Notes: a model not told the origin generated them from the sequence alone. Numbered from the stretch's first letter, positions 16,412-25,598 are shown. The stretch: 32,000 nt of DNA from Microcystis aeruginosa NIES-2549 (GCF_000981785.2 NZ_CP011304.1:810001-842000), one strand, 5' to 3'. Numbers and translations are program-made.

Positions 16412-19400
16412 TTACTGACCCGATTCGATCGCTCCTTCGGCCTCATGGACAATTGCCCTCAATCGATCTAAAGTTTTCTGGTCCACCTGGGTCCATAATC
16501 CCCGTTGTTGAGCCTCTAATAATCTTTCGGCCATATCTCGCAATGCCCAGGGGTTTTTCTCCTGAATAAATTGTTGTACCTTGTCGTCAAATAAATAAGC
16601 TTCGGCTACTCCCTGATAGATAAAATCCTCCACTAGGTGAGTAGTGGCAGAGTAGGCAAAAATATAATCTACGGTCGCAGCCATCTCGAAAGCGCCTTTA
16701 TAGCCGTGTCGCATCACTCCCGCTATCCATTTGGGATTAACCACTCGCGAGCGGTAAACGCGGCGAATTTCTTCCTCTAGGGTTCTGATGCGGGGATTTT
16801 CCGGACGGGAATGATCACCAAAATAGGTGACGGGATTTTTGCCGGTTAATGCCCGGACACTGGCAGTTAAGCCGCCTTGAAATTGATAGTAGTCATCGGA
16901 GTCGAAAATATCGTGTTCTCGATTGTCCTGATTGTGCAGCACTATCTCTAATTCTTGCAGTCTATTTCTCAATACTTCCGGTAAAGAATGGGCAGTTCCT
17001 TGGCTATTATATGCATAACAACTCCAGTTAATATAAGCATTAGCTAAGTCTTGATCATTTTGCCAGTTTTGTGACTCGATTAACCCCTGTAAACCGGCCC
17101 CGTAAGCACCCGGTTTGCAGCCAAAGATTCTGGCAGTAGCTCTCAGTTTCGCCTCTTTTTCTCCTAAGCCCTGACTTAGCCAAAACTCCCTCTCTGTCTT
17201 GACTTTCGCCGCTAAAGGATTAATTTTTTCCTCTTCCTCTTGACAAGCTACCGCATTTATGCCAGAATTAAGAAGATGTAGTATGCTGGGGAAACTGTCC
17301 CTAAAAAAGCCCGATACCCGAACAGTCACATCAATACGAGGACGGCCTAAGCTAGACGGGGTAAGGATTTCAAACCCGACCACCCGACGGAAAAAACCAT
17401 CCCAAAGGGGACGAATTCCCAGTAAAGCCATGGCTTCGGCCACATCTTCGCCACTATTTCTCATCGTCGAAGTTCCCCAGATAGAAATCGCCAAAGTGCG
17501 GGGATATTCGCCATTTTCTTGGGTATAACGTTCAATTAGTGCCTCTGCGGCCTTTCTTCCCACTTCCCATGCGGTTTCTGTGGGGATTGCGCGGGTATCG
17601 ACAGAATAGAAATTTCTGCCGGTGGGGAGAACATCGGGACGGCCGCGGGTAGGAGCGCCAGAAGCACCACTGGGGACGTATTCGCCAGCGAGACCTTTTA
17701 AGAGATAGGTAAGTTCATCGGGAGTTTGTTTTAAAGCAGGAATTAACTGATTTTCTAGCCAAACTAATTCTTTTGCCGTATTTTCGCCTACAGGTTCAAT
17801 TTTCCGGCTAATTAAATCCTGAGCGAGACCTTCCAGATAAGTAGTAGTATCGTTATATTCCGTCAGGGGGTCGCAGTCGAGATGGAGGTCAAGGGCAAGG
17901 GAACGGGTTAAACCGGGGCGGTCGGGACTGGGAGAACGAGCAATCGATTGGATTAAATCAATTAACTGCTGACCCTGGGGACATTGACCGAAGATATGTA
18001 AACCGTCGCGGATTTGTGCTTCCTTGAGTTCACAGAGATAACCATCCACGACGGTGAGAAATTGACCAAAGGAAGCGCTGGTCGCAACGCGCTCGCTACG
18101 CGAGATCGTGCCTAGCTCTCGATCGAGATTAGTTTTCGCCACCAGATCGTTAATCCGCTCGCGAATCAGAGCTAAACGAGAAGGATCAAGAGATTCTGCC
18201 TGATAATATTCATCGATGAGGGACTCTAACTTTTCCCAATCTCCATACAATTCCGCTCGCGTCATTGGGGGGGTGAGATGGTCGATGATAACAGCTTGGG
18301 AACGTCTTTTAGCGCTGGACCCTTCTCCGGGGTCATTGACAATAAACGGATAAAAATTCGGCAGCGACGAGAAAGCAATTTCGGGATAACAATGGGGAGA
18401 AAGAGCGAGACTCTTCCCGGGTAGCCATTCTAAATTGCCGTGTTTACCGAGATTAATCACAGCAGTGACTTGGAATTCCTGTCGTAACCAATGGTAAAAA
18501 GCGAGATAGCTGTGGGTAGGTTCCAGGTCGGGGGAATGATAATTAAGAGTCGGGTCAAGGTCATAACCGCGAGAAGGTTGAATACCGATAAAGACATTAC
18601 CTAACTGGATGCCGGGGATAGGAAAATCCTTGTCTGGATATCCCCAACGGTCAAGCAGAGCGCTTTGATTATCGGGGGGAAGGGAGGAGAAATAATCTAG
18701 ATATGCTTCTAGGGAGAGAGATTGATAGATAGGTTTTAATTCCCTTGTCTCCAGGTCATTAGTGATACCGGAAATCAGCAATCGCATTAATTCATCGCTA
18801 TGGTCGGGGAGGTCGGTGAGGGTATAACCTTGGGTTTGTAGTGCGCGAAGAATTTCCAAACCACTAGCGGGAGTATCTAAACCAACTCCGTTAGCGATAC
18901 GACCATCCTTATTGGGATAGTTGGGGAAAATGAGAGCAATTTTTTTCTGGGAGTTGGGAAGGGAGGAGAGTTGACAATAGTTTGCGGTTAAATCAGCGAC
19001 AAAATCAACCCGGTGGGGGAGGGGTTGATAGATAACTATTTCCGTTTCTAGTTTGGGATGTCGGGTGAGGACAGATTTAAAGGAAATAGCACGGGTGATA
19101 ATTTTGCCATCCATTTCCGGTAAAGCGATATTCATGGCCACATCCCGGGGGGAAAGACCTTGATAACCCTGTTGATAAGCTTCTAAACTGCTGCTGCTGA
19201 GGATTACTTGGAAGATGGGTTTATTGAGGGACTGCCAGAAGTGATGATTTTGTTTGTCTTCCGGTCGCTGGATAGAGAAGCTAGTGGTGTCGAGAATTAA
19301 GTCTGGGGGATGGTGGGAAAAGAGGGTTAATAGTTCCTCTTGCACTTCAATTTCCCGGAGAGAGGAGAGAAAGATAGGGACAGTTTCAATGTTTCTTTGG

Positions 19401-20053
19401 GTGAAAGCACTGATTAAAGCATCGATAGCTTTGGTGTTACCCGCGAGATAATGGGAACGATAGAAAAGTATCCAAGTCCGTGCTTGGGGTTGGGATAGGG
19501 TTGTCTGGGAATAGATTCCCAACCTAGGGACAACCTGAGGAGGAGAGGGAGGATAGTCGAAATGGAGACAGGTATGCGCGATAAATTTAGCAGCATTAAT
19601 CCAGTTATCTATCCCTGCTTCCGTGAAATAGCACCATAACTGGTTAACAGTAGTCAGGGAAGCAGTGGAATGACTCATCAACTCTAAATCCGGTTTATCC
19701 TCTCCCGGGAGGACAAATAAAGTCGCACCGGTTTCCTCGACAATTTCCTTAACTACTTCCAACCCGTAGGACCAACTCCCCCGTCCCCCCAATAAGCGAA
19801 GAATAATCACCCTTGCTTGGGATAGTACCTTGTCCCCATAGTTATCGATACTGTATTGCTGTTGTAACTGGGATAAATTGAGGGCGCGAATTGCGGGAAA
19901 ATTATCCGGTAGATGGTCGATAGCTGCCGCTAGAGTTTGAATATCGGTATCAGCCATGGTGAGGAGGACAATCGGGGCCGGATTTTGGTCAATAATAATC
20001 ACCCCTTCGGTATCTGCTGTCCAACCACCCGCTTGGGGAGCAATTCGGTGCAT
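16412..20053 (-). CDS. cobN: Cobaltochelatase subunit CobN
   Basis: At 1213 aa it shows CobN/Mg-chelatase family features throughout (..GNLEWLPGK.., ..PTRGRPDVLPTGRNFYS.D.., ..HGYKGA.E...). The length fits CobN rather than ChlH. Confidence 0.9.
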   Translation of the reverse strand: MHRIAPQAGGWTADTEGVIIIDQNPAPIVLLTMADTDIQTLAAAIDHLPDNFPAIRALNLSQLQQQYSIDNYGDKVLSQARVIILRLLGGRGSWSYGLEVVKEIVEETGATLFVLPGEDKPDLELMSHSTASLTTVNQLWCYFTEAGIDNWINAAKFIAHTCLHFDYPPSPPQVVPRLGIYSQTTLSQPQARTWILFYRSHYLAGNTKAIDALISAFTQRNIETVPIFLSSLREIEVQEELLTLFSHHPPDLILDTTSFSIQRPEDKQNHHFWQSLNKPIFQVILSSSSLEAYQQGYQGLSPRDVAMNIALPEMDGKIITRAISFKSVLTRHPKLETEIVIYQPLPHRVDFVADLTANYCQLSSLPNSQKKIALIFPNYPNKDGRIANGVGLDTPASGLEILRALQTQGYTLTDLPDHSDELMRLLISGITNDLETRELKPIYQSLSLEAYLDYFSSLPPDNQSALLDRWGYPDKDFPIPGIQLGNVFIGIQPSRGYDLDPTLNYHSPDLEPTHSYLAFYHWLRQEFQVTAVINLGKHGNLEWLPGKSLALSPHCYPEIAFSSLPNFYPFIVNDPGEGSSAKRRSQAVIIDHLTPPMTRAELYGDWEKLESLIDEYYQAESLDPSRLALIRERINDLVAKTNLDRELGTISRSERVATSASFGQFLTVVDGYLCELKEAQIRDGLHIFGQCPQGQQLIDLIQSIARSPSPDRPGLTRSLALDLHLDCDPLTEYNDTTTYLEGLAQDLISRKIEPVGENTAKELVWLENQLIPALKQTPDELTYLLKGLAGEYVPSGASGAPTRGRPDVLPTGRNFYSVDTRAIPTETAWEVGRKAAEALIERYTQENGEYPRTLAISIWGTSTMRNSGEDVAEAMALLGIRPLWDGFFRRVVGFEILTPSSLGRPRIDVTVRVSGFFRDSFPSILHLLNSGINAVACQEEEEKINPLAAKVKTEREFWLSQGLGEKEAKLRATARIFGCKPGAYGAGLQGLIESQNWQNDQDLANAYINWSCYAYNSQGTAHSLPEVLRNRLQELEIVLHNQDNREHDIFDSDDYYQFQGGLTASVRALTGKNPVTYFGDHSRPENPRIRTLEEEIRRVYRSRVVNPKWIAGVMRHGYKGAFEMAATVDYIFAYSATTHLVEDFIYQGVAEAYLFDDKVQQFIQEKNPWALRDMAERLLEAQQRGLWTQVDQKTLDRLRAIVHEAEGAIESGQ

Positions 20054-20357
20054 AAGTTTTGAGAGTCAGGTTAAATAATGATTAGGTTTTGAGAATCAGG
20101 GTCTCGATCGAGGGATCATTGTTGGGTAGATAGAGATGATTATATCTGTCTGCGGCAATTTATAGCAGTTATCTTAATGGTGAGGTGCGAAGTTTTCGTT
20201 TTGGGGAGCCAGTGGTCGGTCGTCAGGAGTTGATATCAAATTAGGTTACATTTCCCACTTATGAGAAACACTGTTAAGAATAGGGATTGGGGAATAGTAG
20301 GGGATAGGGACTAAGAAAACTTGACCAAACCCCAGTCCCCAGTCCCCCCATCACCTT

Positions 20358-20494
20358 ACTGATAACTGATAACTGATAACTGATAACTGATAACTGATAA
20401 CTGATAACTGATAACTGATAACTGATAACTGATAACTGATAACTGATGACTGATGACTGATGACTGATAACTGATAACTGATAAATGATAAATG
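20358..20494 (+). repeat. Array of about 19 copies of heptamer CTGATAA, with CTGATGA x3 and ATGATAA variants, running into the ATG of the downstream kinase
   Basis: Read directly. It is preceded at about 20331-20350 by CCCCAGTCCCCAGTCCCCCC, an STRR1-like CCCCAGT heptamer. Confidence 0.95.
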
Positions 20495-22693
20495 AATGCT
20501 TCTCCCGCTTATGTTTGCTGTCAAGTGTTATCATCTACTCACCTCGAACAAATTCGTTCTTGGTGGGGACAGTTGACGCTACAGGTGACAGCACCGAGGA
20601 TTAGTCTCAGTGAAAGAGAGCTGCCCCTAAAGACGGGGGAAATCTATCAACTCTTGCTTTCCACCGACCTACAAGTTTTATTGTTAGCCAGTCCCCAAGC
20701 ACATAACTTTGATTACGAAGTCCGCATTAGTTTTGAAGCGAACACGATTAAAAACTTTCTGCAAGGACTGTCCGTCAAGTCTCTCCACCACCCGAAAATT
20801 CAGCAGGGTTATCAAATTTTAAATCTGCCTCTATCCAATAATGTCAGCAGTTTTCAAAATAAAATTTTAGTCAAAATTCTCTCGATAATTTCTTCTCCGT
20901 CTGCTGAGGGGGGTTGTCCCCGCATCTTCTCCGTTTGTCAACCGGTAGAAGCGGCCCTATCCCAACAAATCGAACAGGAAAGATTATTAAACCAAGTCAT
21001 CACCCAAATGCGTCAGAGTCTGGAGTTACCGGTGATTCTGGAAACCGTGGTCAGGGAAGCGCGGGAATTTCTGCAAGTGGACCGATTGTTAATTTATCAA
21101 TTTTTCCCCGGTATCGGTGAGGGAAAGGGAAAAATAACTTCCGAGTCGCGCGTTTCTGACCAGATAAATTCCGTGTTAAATTTAACCCCCGAAGACGATT
21201 GTTTTTCCTATATTCCTCAATACAAGGAAAAGTATCGTCAAGGATTAATTCTGGCCGTGGATGATGTGGATGTTAACTATTCTTCTTCCTTCTGTTTGTC
21301 CGAATTTTTGCGACAACACCAAGTGCGATCAAAATTAATCGCCCCGATTGTGGTACAAGAAGAATTGTGGGGTTTATTGATTGCCCATCAATGTGGAGAA
21401 AAACGCCGATGGTTGCCGCAGGAAAAGAAATTTTTAGGTCAGATTGGTGAACATCTCGCTATCGCTATCTACCAAGCGCAATTATATTCTCAAGTCCAGG
21501 AACAAAAAGATATTTTTGAACGCCGGGTAATAGAAAGAACCCAAGAATTACAAGATACTTTAATGGCCGCCGAAGCTGCTAACCTCTGCAAAAGTGAATT
21601 TTTAAATAATATGAGTCATGAGTTATTAACTCCCCTAACTTGTATTATCGGTTTGTCCAGTACCCTGCAAAAATGCTCGGCAACCAGTAATTTTTTACCT
21701 CCCGACAAACAAAAAAACTATCTAAAAGTTATTCAGGATAACGGCAATAAACTATTAGAATTAATCAATGATTTGCTTAATTTCTCGCAAATTTCGGCAG
21801 GGAAAGCTGTTTTAGATATTAAACAATTTTCGCTAAAATATCTCTGTAATCATGTTTTAGAAATCATTAAAACAGAGGCAGAAACTAAAGAAATTAATCT
21901 GATGTTAGAGATGAAAATCACCGAAAAAGAGCATTATTTTTACGCCGATTATGATCGAGTTCAGCAGATACTTTTGTACTTGTTAAAAAATGCCCTGAAA
22001 TTTACCCCCGAACAGGGTGCTGTCACCCTGAGACTGTGGAAAGAAGGCAGTCAGGTCATTTTTCAGGTAGAGGACACGGGCATCGGCATTCCTGCTCAAA
22101 AAATACCGCTTCTGTTTGAAAAATTTACCCAATTGGATGGCTCTCGCAAACGTCGTTATGGTGGTATAGGATTAGGATTGGCTTTAACTAAACAATTAGT
22201 GGAACTGCATCGCGGCACGATCGAGGTAGAATCTTGCTTAGATAAAGGTTCCATCTTTACCGTCCGTTTACCTCAACAACAGCCCCCTAAATCCCAACCC
22301 CAACCCTCGGATCATAATCCCCATTTTAATCACCACCATCCCACTGTAGTTTTGATTGAAAGTGACGAAGAAATTGCCAATCTTATTTGTGAGTTATTGA
22401 TGGTGGCACATTATCAAGTTATTTGGTTAATCGATAGTGTCTCCGCTATCAAAAAAATTGAGATCGTGCAGCCAAGTATTATAATTGTCGATCGGAAAAT
22501 GCCCGATATATATCATCTCTGTCATCTCTTAAAAAAATCCAGCCAAACTCAGGCCAGTAAAGTGCTAATCTTGAATGATACCCCCGAAATCAGCGTTAAT
22601 TTCCTCGGTCGTCATGGCATTGATGACTATCTGCTCAAACCGATTCAACCCTCCCTATTGTTGGAAAAAATCCGCTATCTAACCGCTTTATAA
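20492..22693 (+). CDS. Hybrid sensor histidine kinase: unknown N-terminal domain, GAF, HisKA, HATPase_c, C-terminal receiver-like domain
   Basis: The GAF domain shows ..FLQVDRLLIYQF...ELWGLLIAHQC...W...E..FL.Q. The H-box is FLNNMSHELLTPL, the G-boxes are EDTGIGIP and GGIGLGLAL, and the receiver-like part is VVLIESDEE...IIIVDRKMPD...YLLKP. The start is uncertain because the ATG lies inside the repeat. Confidence 0.85.
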   Translation: MNASPAYVCCQVLSSTHLEQIRSWWGQLTLQVTAPRISLSERELPLKTGEIYQLLLSTDLQVLLLASPQAHNFDYEVRISFEANTIKNFLQGLSVKSLHHPKIQQGYQILNLPLSNNVSSFQNKILVKILSIISSPSAEGGCPRIFSVCQPVEAALSQQIEQERLLNQVITQMRQSLELPVILETVVREAREFLQVDRLLIYQFFPGIGEGKGKITSESRVSDQINSVLNLTPEDDCFSYIPQYKEKYRQGLILAVDDVDVNYSSSFCLSEFLRQHQVRSKLIAPIVVQEELWGLLIAHQCGEKRRWLPQEKKFLGQIGEHLAIAIYQAQLYSQVQEQKDIFERRVIERTQELQDTLMAAEAANLCKSEFLNNMSHELLTPLTCIIGLSSTLQKCSATSNFLPPDKQKNYLKVIQDNGNKLLELINDLLNFSQISAGKAVLDIKQFSLKYLCNHVLEIIKTEAETKEINLMLEMKITEKEHYFYADYDRVQQILLYLLKNALKFTPEQGAVTLRLWKEGSQVIFQVEDTGIGIPAQKIPLLFEKFTQLDGSRKRRYGGIGLGLALTKQLVELHRGTIEVESCLDKGSIFTVRLPQQQPPKSQPQPSDHNPHFNHHHPTVVLIESDEEIANLICELLMVAHYQVIWLIDSVSAIKKIEIVQPSIIIVDRKMPDIYHLCHLLKKSSQTQASKVLILNDTPEISVNFLGRHGIDDYLLKPIQPSLLLEKIRYLTAL

Positions 22694-22718
22694 GTAGGGT
22701 TTGCGGCAAAAAGTTTTT
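22694..22718 (+). repeat. 25-nt motif GTAGGGTTTGCGGCAAAAAGTTTTT directly after the kinase TAA stop (copy 1)
   Basis: It is identical to the reverse complement of 29760-29784. Confidence 0.6.
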
Positions 22719-22782
22719 TGTGGGGGTAGGGGTGCATCTCATTTTCATCTGGTCAATATTTTTCTTTTTTCCTCAGAAAATA

Positions 22783-22823
22783 GGGCTTGAAAACTAACTA
22801 TTAAATAGCTAATTTTCAAGCCC
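22783..22823. terminator. Hairpin between the convergent kinase gene and psaI, a probable bidirectional terminator
   Basis: GGGCTTGAAAA (22783-22793) pairs with TTTTCAAGCCC (22813-22823), and inner CTATT/AATAG pairing extends the stem. On the minus strand it is followed by TATTTTCT. Confidence 0.55.
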
Positions 22824-22848
22824 TTAATTGTAGGAATCCTAGGCTAAA

Positions 22849-22965
22849 TTAGGATTCACTTTCGATATAGATAAATAACAAACCCATGACCACGGCTGGC
22901 ATTAACCAACAGACGATCGGGATTAAAATCCAAGGCAGATAAGAAGCTGCGTAGTCACCAGTCAT
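22849..22965 (-). CDS. psaI: Photosystem I subunit VIII (PsaI), 38 aa, below the ORF-track size cutoff
   Basis: My hand translation of the minus strand gives [38 protein letters not shown]. It closely matches the Synechocystis PsaI sequence as I remember it. An AGGAG Shine-Dalgarno lies upstream, and the gene starts 57 nt downstream of psaL. Confidence 0.85.
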   Translation of the reverse strand: MTGDYAASYLPWILIPIVCWLMPAVVMGLLFIYIESES

Positions 22966-23022
22966 GTCAAATGCTCCTAGTAAAAAAATAAGGAAATGAT
23001 AATCAGGTAGAAAAAGGGTTAA

Positions 23023-23505
23023 TTATTGATTAAAAACCCCGCGCATGATGCCATCAACGACACCAAGATTTTCTAGGAGGAAATAGGCCACAAAAGCGCC
23101 ACCCATACCACCAATAAAGAAACCAGCGGCGAATTGACTCCAACCCTCGGAGGATTGCAGAGGATCACCAGTAGCGGCCTTACCTTGGAAAGAGACAAGA
23201 CCATAACTAGCTAAACAACCCGTAGCCAAGAGAACCATGGCCAAAGCGGGGATTAAGCCGCCGAGATTAGCGTATTCCGAGTCTCTCAGGGGACCCAGGA
23301 CAACCCAGGGACCACCGAGGAAATAACCGTGGGCCATACCCACTTCTAGACCGCGCAGAATCGGAGCTAGACCGGGACGATAGGCAGGTAAGTTACCAAT
23401 AAAAGCTTTGGTAAAACCAGAAGCGGAAATGGGGGTAGCTAGATGACCAATGAACGGATCATCATTGTAGGGTGTCACCACCTGTTTGTATCCAGTTTCA
23501 GCCAT
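23023..23505 (-). CDS. psaL: Photosystem I subunit XI (PsaL)
   Basis: ..DPFIGHLATPIS.S.FT..FIGNLPAYR.GL.PILRGLEVGMAHGYFL.GPW..LGPLRDSE.. is canonical PsaL. I place the start at MAETGYK (ATG 23505, with an AAGGAG Shine-Dalgarno) rather than the track start 23550. Confidence 0.95.
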   Translation of the reverse strand: MAETGYKQVVTPYNDDPFIGHLATPISASGFTKAFIGNLPAYRPGLAPILRGLEVGMAHGYFLGGPWVVLGPLRDSEYANLGGLIPALAMVLLATGCLASYGLVSFQGKAATGDPLQSSEGWSQFAAGFFIGGMGGAFVAYFLLENLGVVDGIMRGVFNQ

Positions 23506-23715
23506 TGTGTTTGAGTTCTCCTTTTTCCGATCAACAGGAAAATTGATCATAAAACTTTAAGATTACACTTTAGGCCTAAGAATTACTTCAAGCAACCCCA
23601 TAGATCGAGTTTTCAAGGGTTGACGGCTGAAACTCTCACAATTCGTTACATTTCTCTCAGGAGACAGGAGTGGGGAGCTTTGTTTCAGTGTTGCCAAAGG
23701 CACGGCGTAGCCGTC

Positions 23716-23790
23716 CAGTAAACAGTAAACAGTAATCAGTGAACTGATAACTGCTCACTGATAACTGCTCACTGATAACTGCTCACTGAT
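23716..23790 (+). repeat. Composite heptamer/14-mer array (CAGTAAA)2 CAGTAAT CAGTGAA then (CTGATAACTGCTCA)3, abutting the usp stop codon
   Basis: Read directly. It shares an exact 23-mer, CAGTAATCAGTGAACTGATAACT (23730-23752), with 9330-9352. Confidence 0.9.
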
Positions 23791-24200
23791 TAAGGGATAA
23801 TCAACACAGGACAGGGGGCAAGGTTGATAACTTTGGTGGTGACGCTTTCGGACACCCCTTCGCTGGTTAAACCTAAACCGCGACAACCCATAACGATCAG
23901 GTCGGCATTAACTTCATCGGCCACATCACAGATGATAAAAGAAGGCATTCCCTCCCTTTCAATCATTTCCGCCTTGATGCCAGCTTGGGCGAAAATCGCT
24001 TGCGCCGATTGTAATAATTTATCCACCGCTTCGATCGAACTCATCCTATCGTCGGGGGTAATTTCTCCGGTGGGTGTCGTTTCCACCACCGACAACAGCA
24101 CCAAACGACTGTCAAAAATTTTGACTAATTCGATCACACTACTGGTAGCGTCACGACTTTCGCGGCTGTGGTCGATGGGAAATAAAATCGTCTCAAACAT
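23790..24200 (-). CDS. Universal stress protein (UspA family)
   Basis: MFETILFPIDHS......A......L........L.LL.V.....and C-terminal DLIVMGCRGLGL......GSVS..V...A.CPVLI are typical of the family. The start is chosen at ATG 24200. The track start 24290 would add 30 aa that are atypical for Usp. Confidence 0.85.
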   Translation of the reverse strand: MFETILFPIDHSRESRDATSSVIELVKIFDSRLVLLSVVETTPTGEITPDDRMSSIEAVDKLLQSAQAIFAQAGIKAEMIEREGMPSFIICDVADEVNADLIVMGCRGLGLTSEGVSESVTTKVINLAPCPVLIIP

Positions 24201-24363
24201 AATTAGCAAGTCTCTCCAATCAAATTTTTCTGGGCAAATCAGTCTTGGAACTGCAACACTGATCCCCAAATCTGAAATAATCTTTGTCAAAGTAATTGCC
24301 GCAAGTAGCGATACCCTGATTTAATCTTTATTGTACGGTAAGCAATCTAGGAGGTTATGGGCT

Positions 24364-25572
24364 GTGCCAAAAAAAACAATAGCCAATTTAACAGAAGCTG
24401 ATTTAGCGGGCAAACGGGTCTTAGTCCGGGTCGATTTTAACGTTCCCATGGACAAAGCCACCGGGGCAATCAGCGATGATACCCGCATTCGGGCAGCACT
24501 ACCAACTATTGAGGATTTAATCAAAAAAGGGGCTAAGGTTATTTTATGCAGCCACATGGGTCGCCCCGACGGTCAAGTTAAAGAAAATTTGCGTCTGACC
24601 CCTGTAGCTAAACGTCTCTCGGAATTATTGGGCCAGGAAGTAGTCATGTGTCCCGATTCTATTGGTGAGGGAGTTACGGCAGCGATTAGCCAAATGTCTA
24701 ACGGTCAAGTGGCCCTTTTAGAAAATCTGCGTTTCCACGGTGAAGAGGAGGCAAATGATCCCGATTTTGCCAAGCAATTAGCCGCTAATGCCGATTTATA
24801 CGTTAATGATGCTTTTGGTACCGCCCACCGCGCCCACGCTTCTACGGAAGGCGTTACCCACTATCTCAGCCCCTCGGTGGCGGGTTATTTGATTGAAAAA
24901 GAGTTAAACTACCTACAAGCAGCTATTGAAACTCCCCAACGTCCCCTAGCGGCGATTATCGGCGGTTCTAAGGTTTCTAGTAAAATTGGCGTGATCGAAA
25001 CTCTATTAGAAAAGTGCGATAAACTGCTCATCGGTGGCGGTATGATCTTTACTTTCTACAAGGCCCGCGGTTTAAGTGTTGGTAAGTCTTTGGTGGAAGA
25101 GGACAAACTGGAATTAGCCAAATCCCTGGAAGCGAAAGCTAAAGAAAAAGGGGTGGAATTTCTCCTTCCTACTGATGTGGTGTTAGCGGATAAATTCGAT
25201 AAAGATGCCGAGTCCCAAATCGTCAAGGTCGAAAATATTCCCGATGGTTGGATGGGATTGGATATTGGACCTGAATCAGTTAAAGTTTTCCAAGAAGCTT
25301 TATCTAGCTGTAAATCTGTCCTCTGGAATGGCCCCATGGGGGTGTTCGAGTTCGATAAATTTGCGGCGGGTACAGATGCGATCGCTCACACTTTAGCCGA
25401 TTTAACTGCTACGGGTACAACTACCATTATCGGTGGTGGTGACTCGGTAGCGGCGGTAGAAAAAGTGGGAGTGGCGGAAAAAATGAGCCATATTTCCACC
25501 GGTGGTGGCGCTAGTTTGGAATTACTCGAAGGGAAGGTTTTACCCGGTATTGCCGCTCTCGATGAGGCCTAA
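24364..25572 (+). CDS. pgk: Phosphoglycerate kinase
   Basis: ..[16 protein letters not shown]......[26 protein letters not shown] is canonical Pgk. I place the start at GTG 24364, which has AGGAGG 9 nt upstream. The track start is TTG 24331. Confidence 0.95.
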   Translation: MPKKTIANLTEADLAGKRVLVRVDFNVPMDKATGAISDDTRIRAALPTIEDLIKKGAKVILCSHMGRPDGQVKENLRLTPVAKRLSELLGQEVVMCPDSIGEGVTAAISQMSNGQVALLENLRFHGEEEANDPDFAKQLAANADLYVNDAFGTAHRAHASTEGVTHYLSPSVAGYLIEKELNYLQAAIETPQRPLAAIIGGSKVSSKIGVIETLLEKCDKLLIGGGMIFTFYKARGLSVGKSLVEEDKLELAKSLEAKAKEKGVEFLLPTDVVLADKFDKDAESQIVKVENIPDGWMGLDIGPESVKVFQEALSSCKSVLWNGPMGVFEFDKFAAGTDAIAHTLADLTATGTTTIIGGGDSVAAVEKVGVAEKMSHISTGGGASLELLEGKVLPGIAALDEA

Positions 25573-25598
25573 TTATCTCTAATATCTAAGGTTTAAAC

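Noticed and set aside
20054-20357. Cobalamin riboswitch in the cobN 5' leader
   Set aside because: I read the minus strand upstream of the cobN ATG. I found only a loose ACCACTGGC and none of the conserved GGGAA..GGTG..AATCC or B12-box (AG.C.GGAGACC.GCC) elements. A covariance-model scan (Rfam RF00174) would be decisive.
20274-20534. 86-aa minus-strand ORF translating to ..YQLSVISYQLSVISYQLSVIS..
   Set aside because: It is simply the stop-free strand of the CTGATAA heptamer array. It has periodic low-complexity sequence and overlaps the kinase start. It is not a credible gene.
23506-23550. N-terminal extensions in the ORF track for psaL (MINFPVDRKKENSNT), usp (30 aa, 24201-24290) and pgk (11 aa, 24331-24363)
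   Set aside because: The internal starts have good Shine-Dalgarno sequences and give N-termini that match the family norm. The extensions are probably artefacts of longest-ORF calling.
23824-24557. 166-aa plus-strand ORF antisense to usp, and the 78-aa minus-strand ORF over the pgk start
   Set aside because: The opposite-strand ORFs (usp and pgk) have unmistakable family motifs. These are shadow ORFs.
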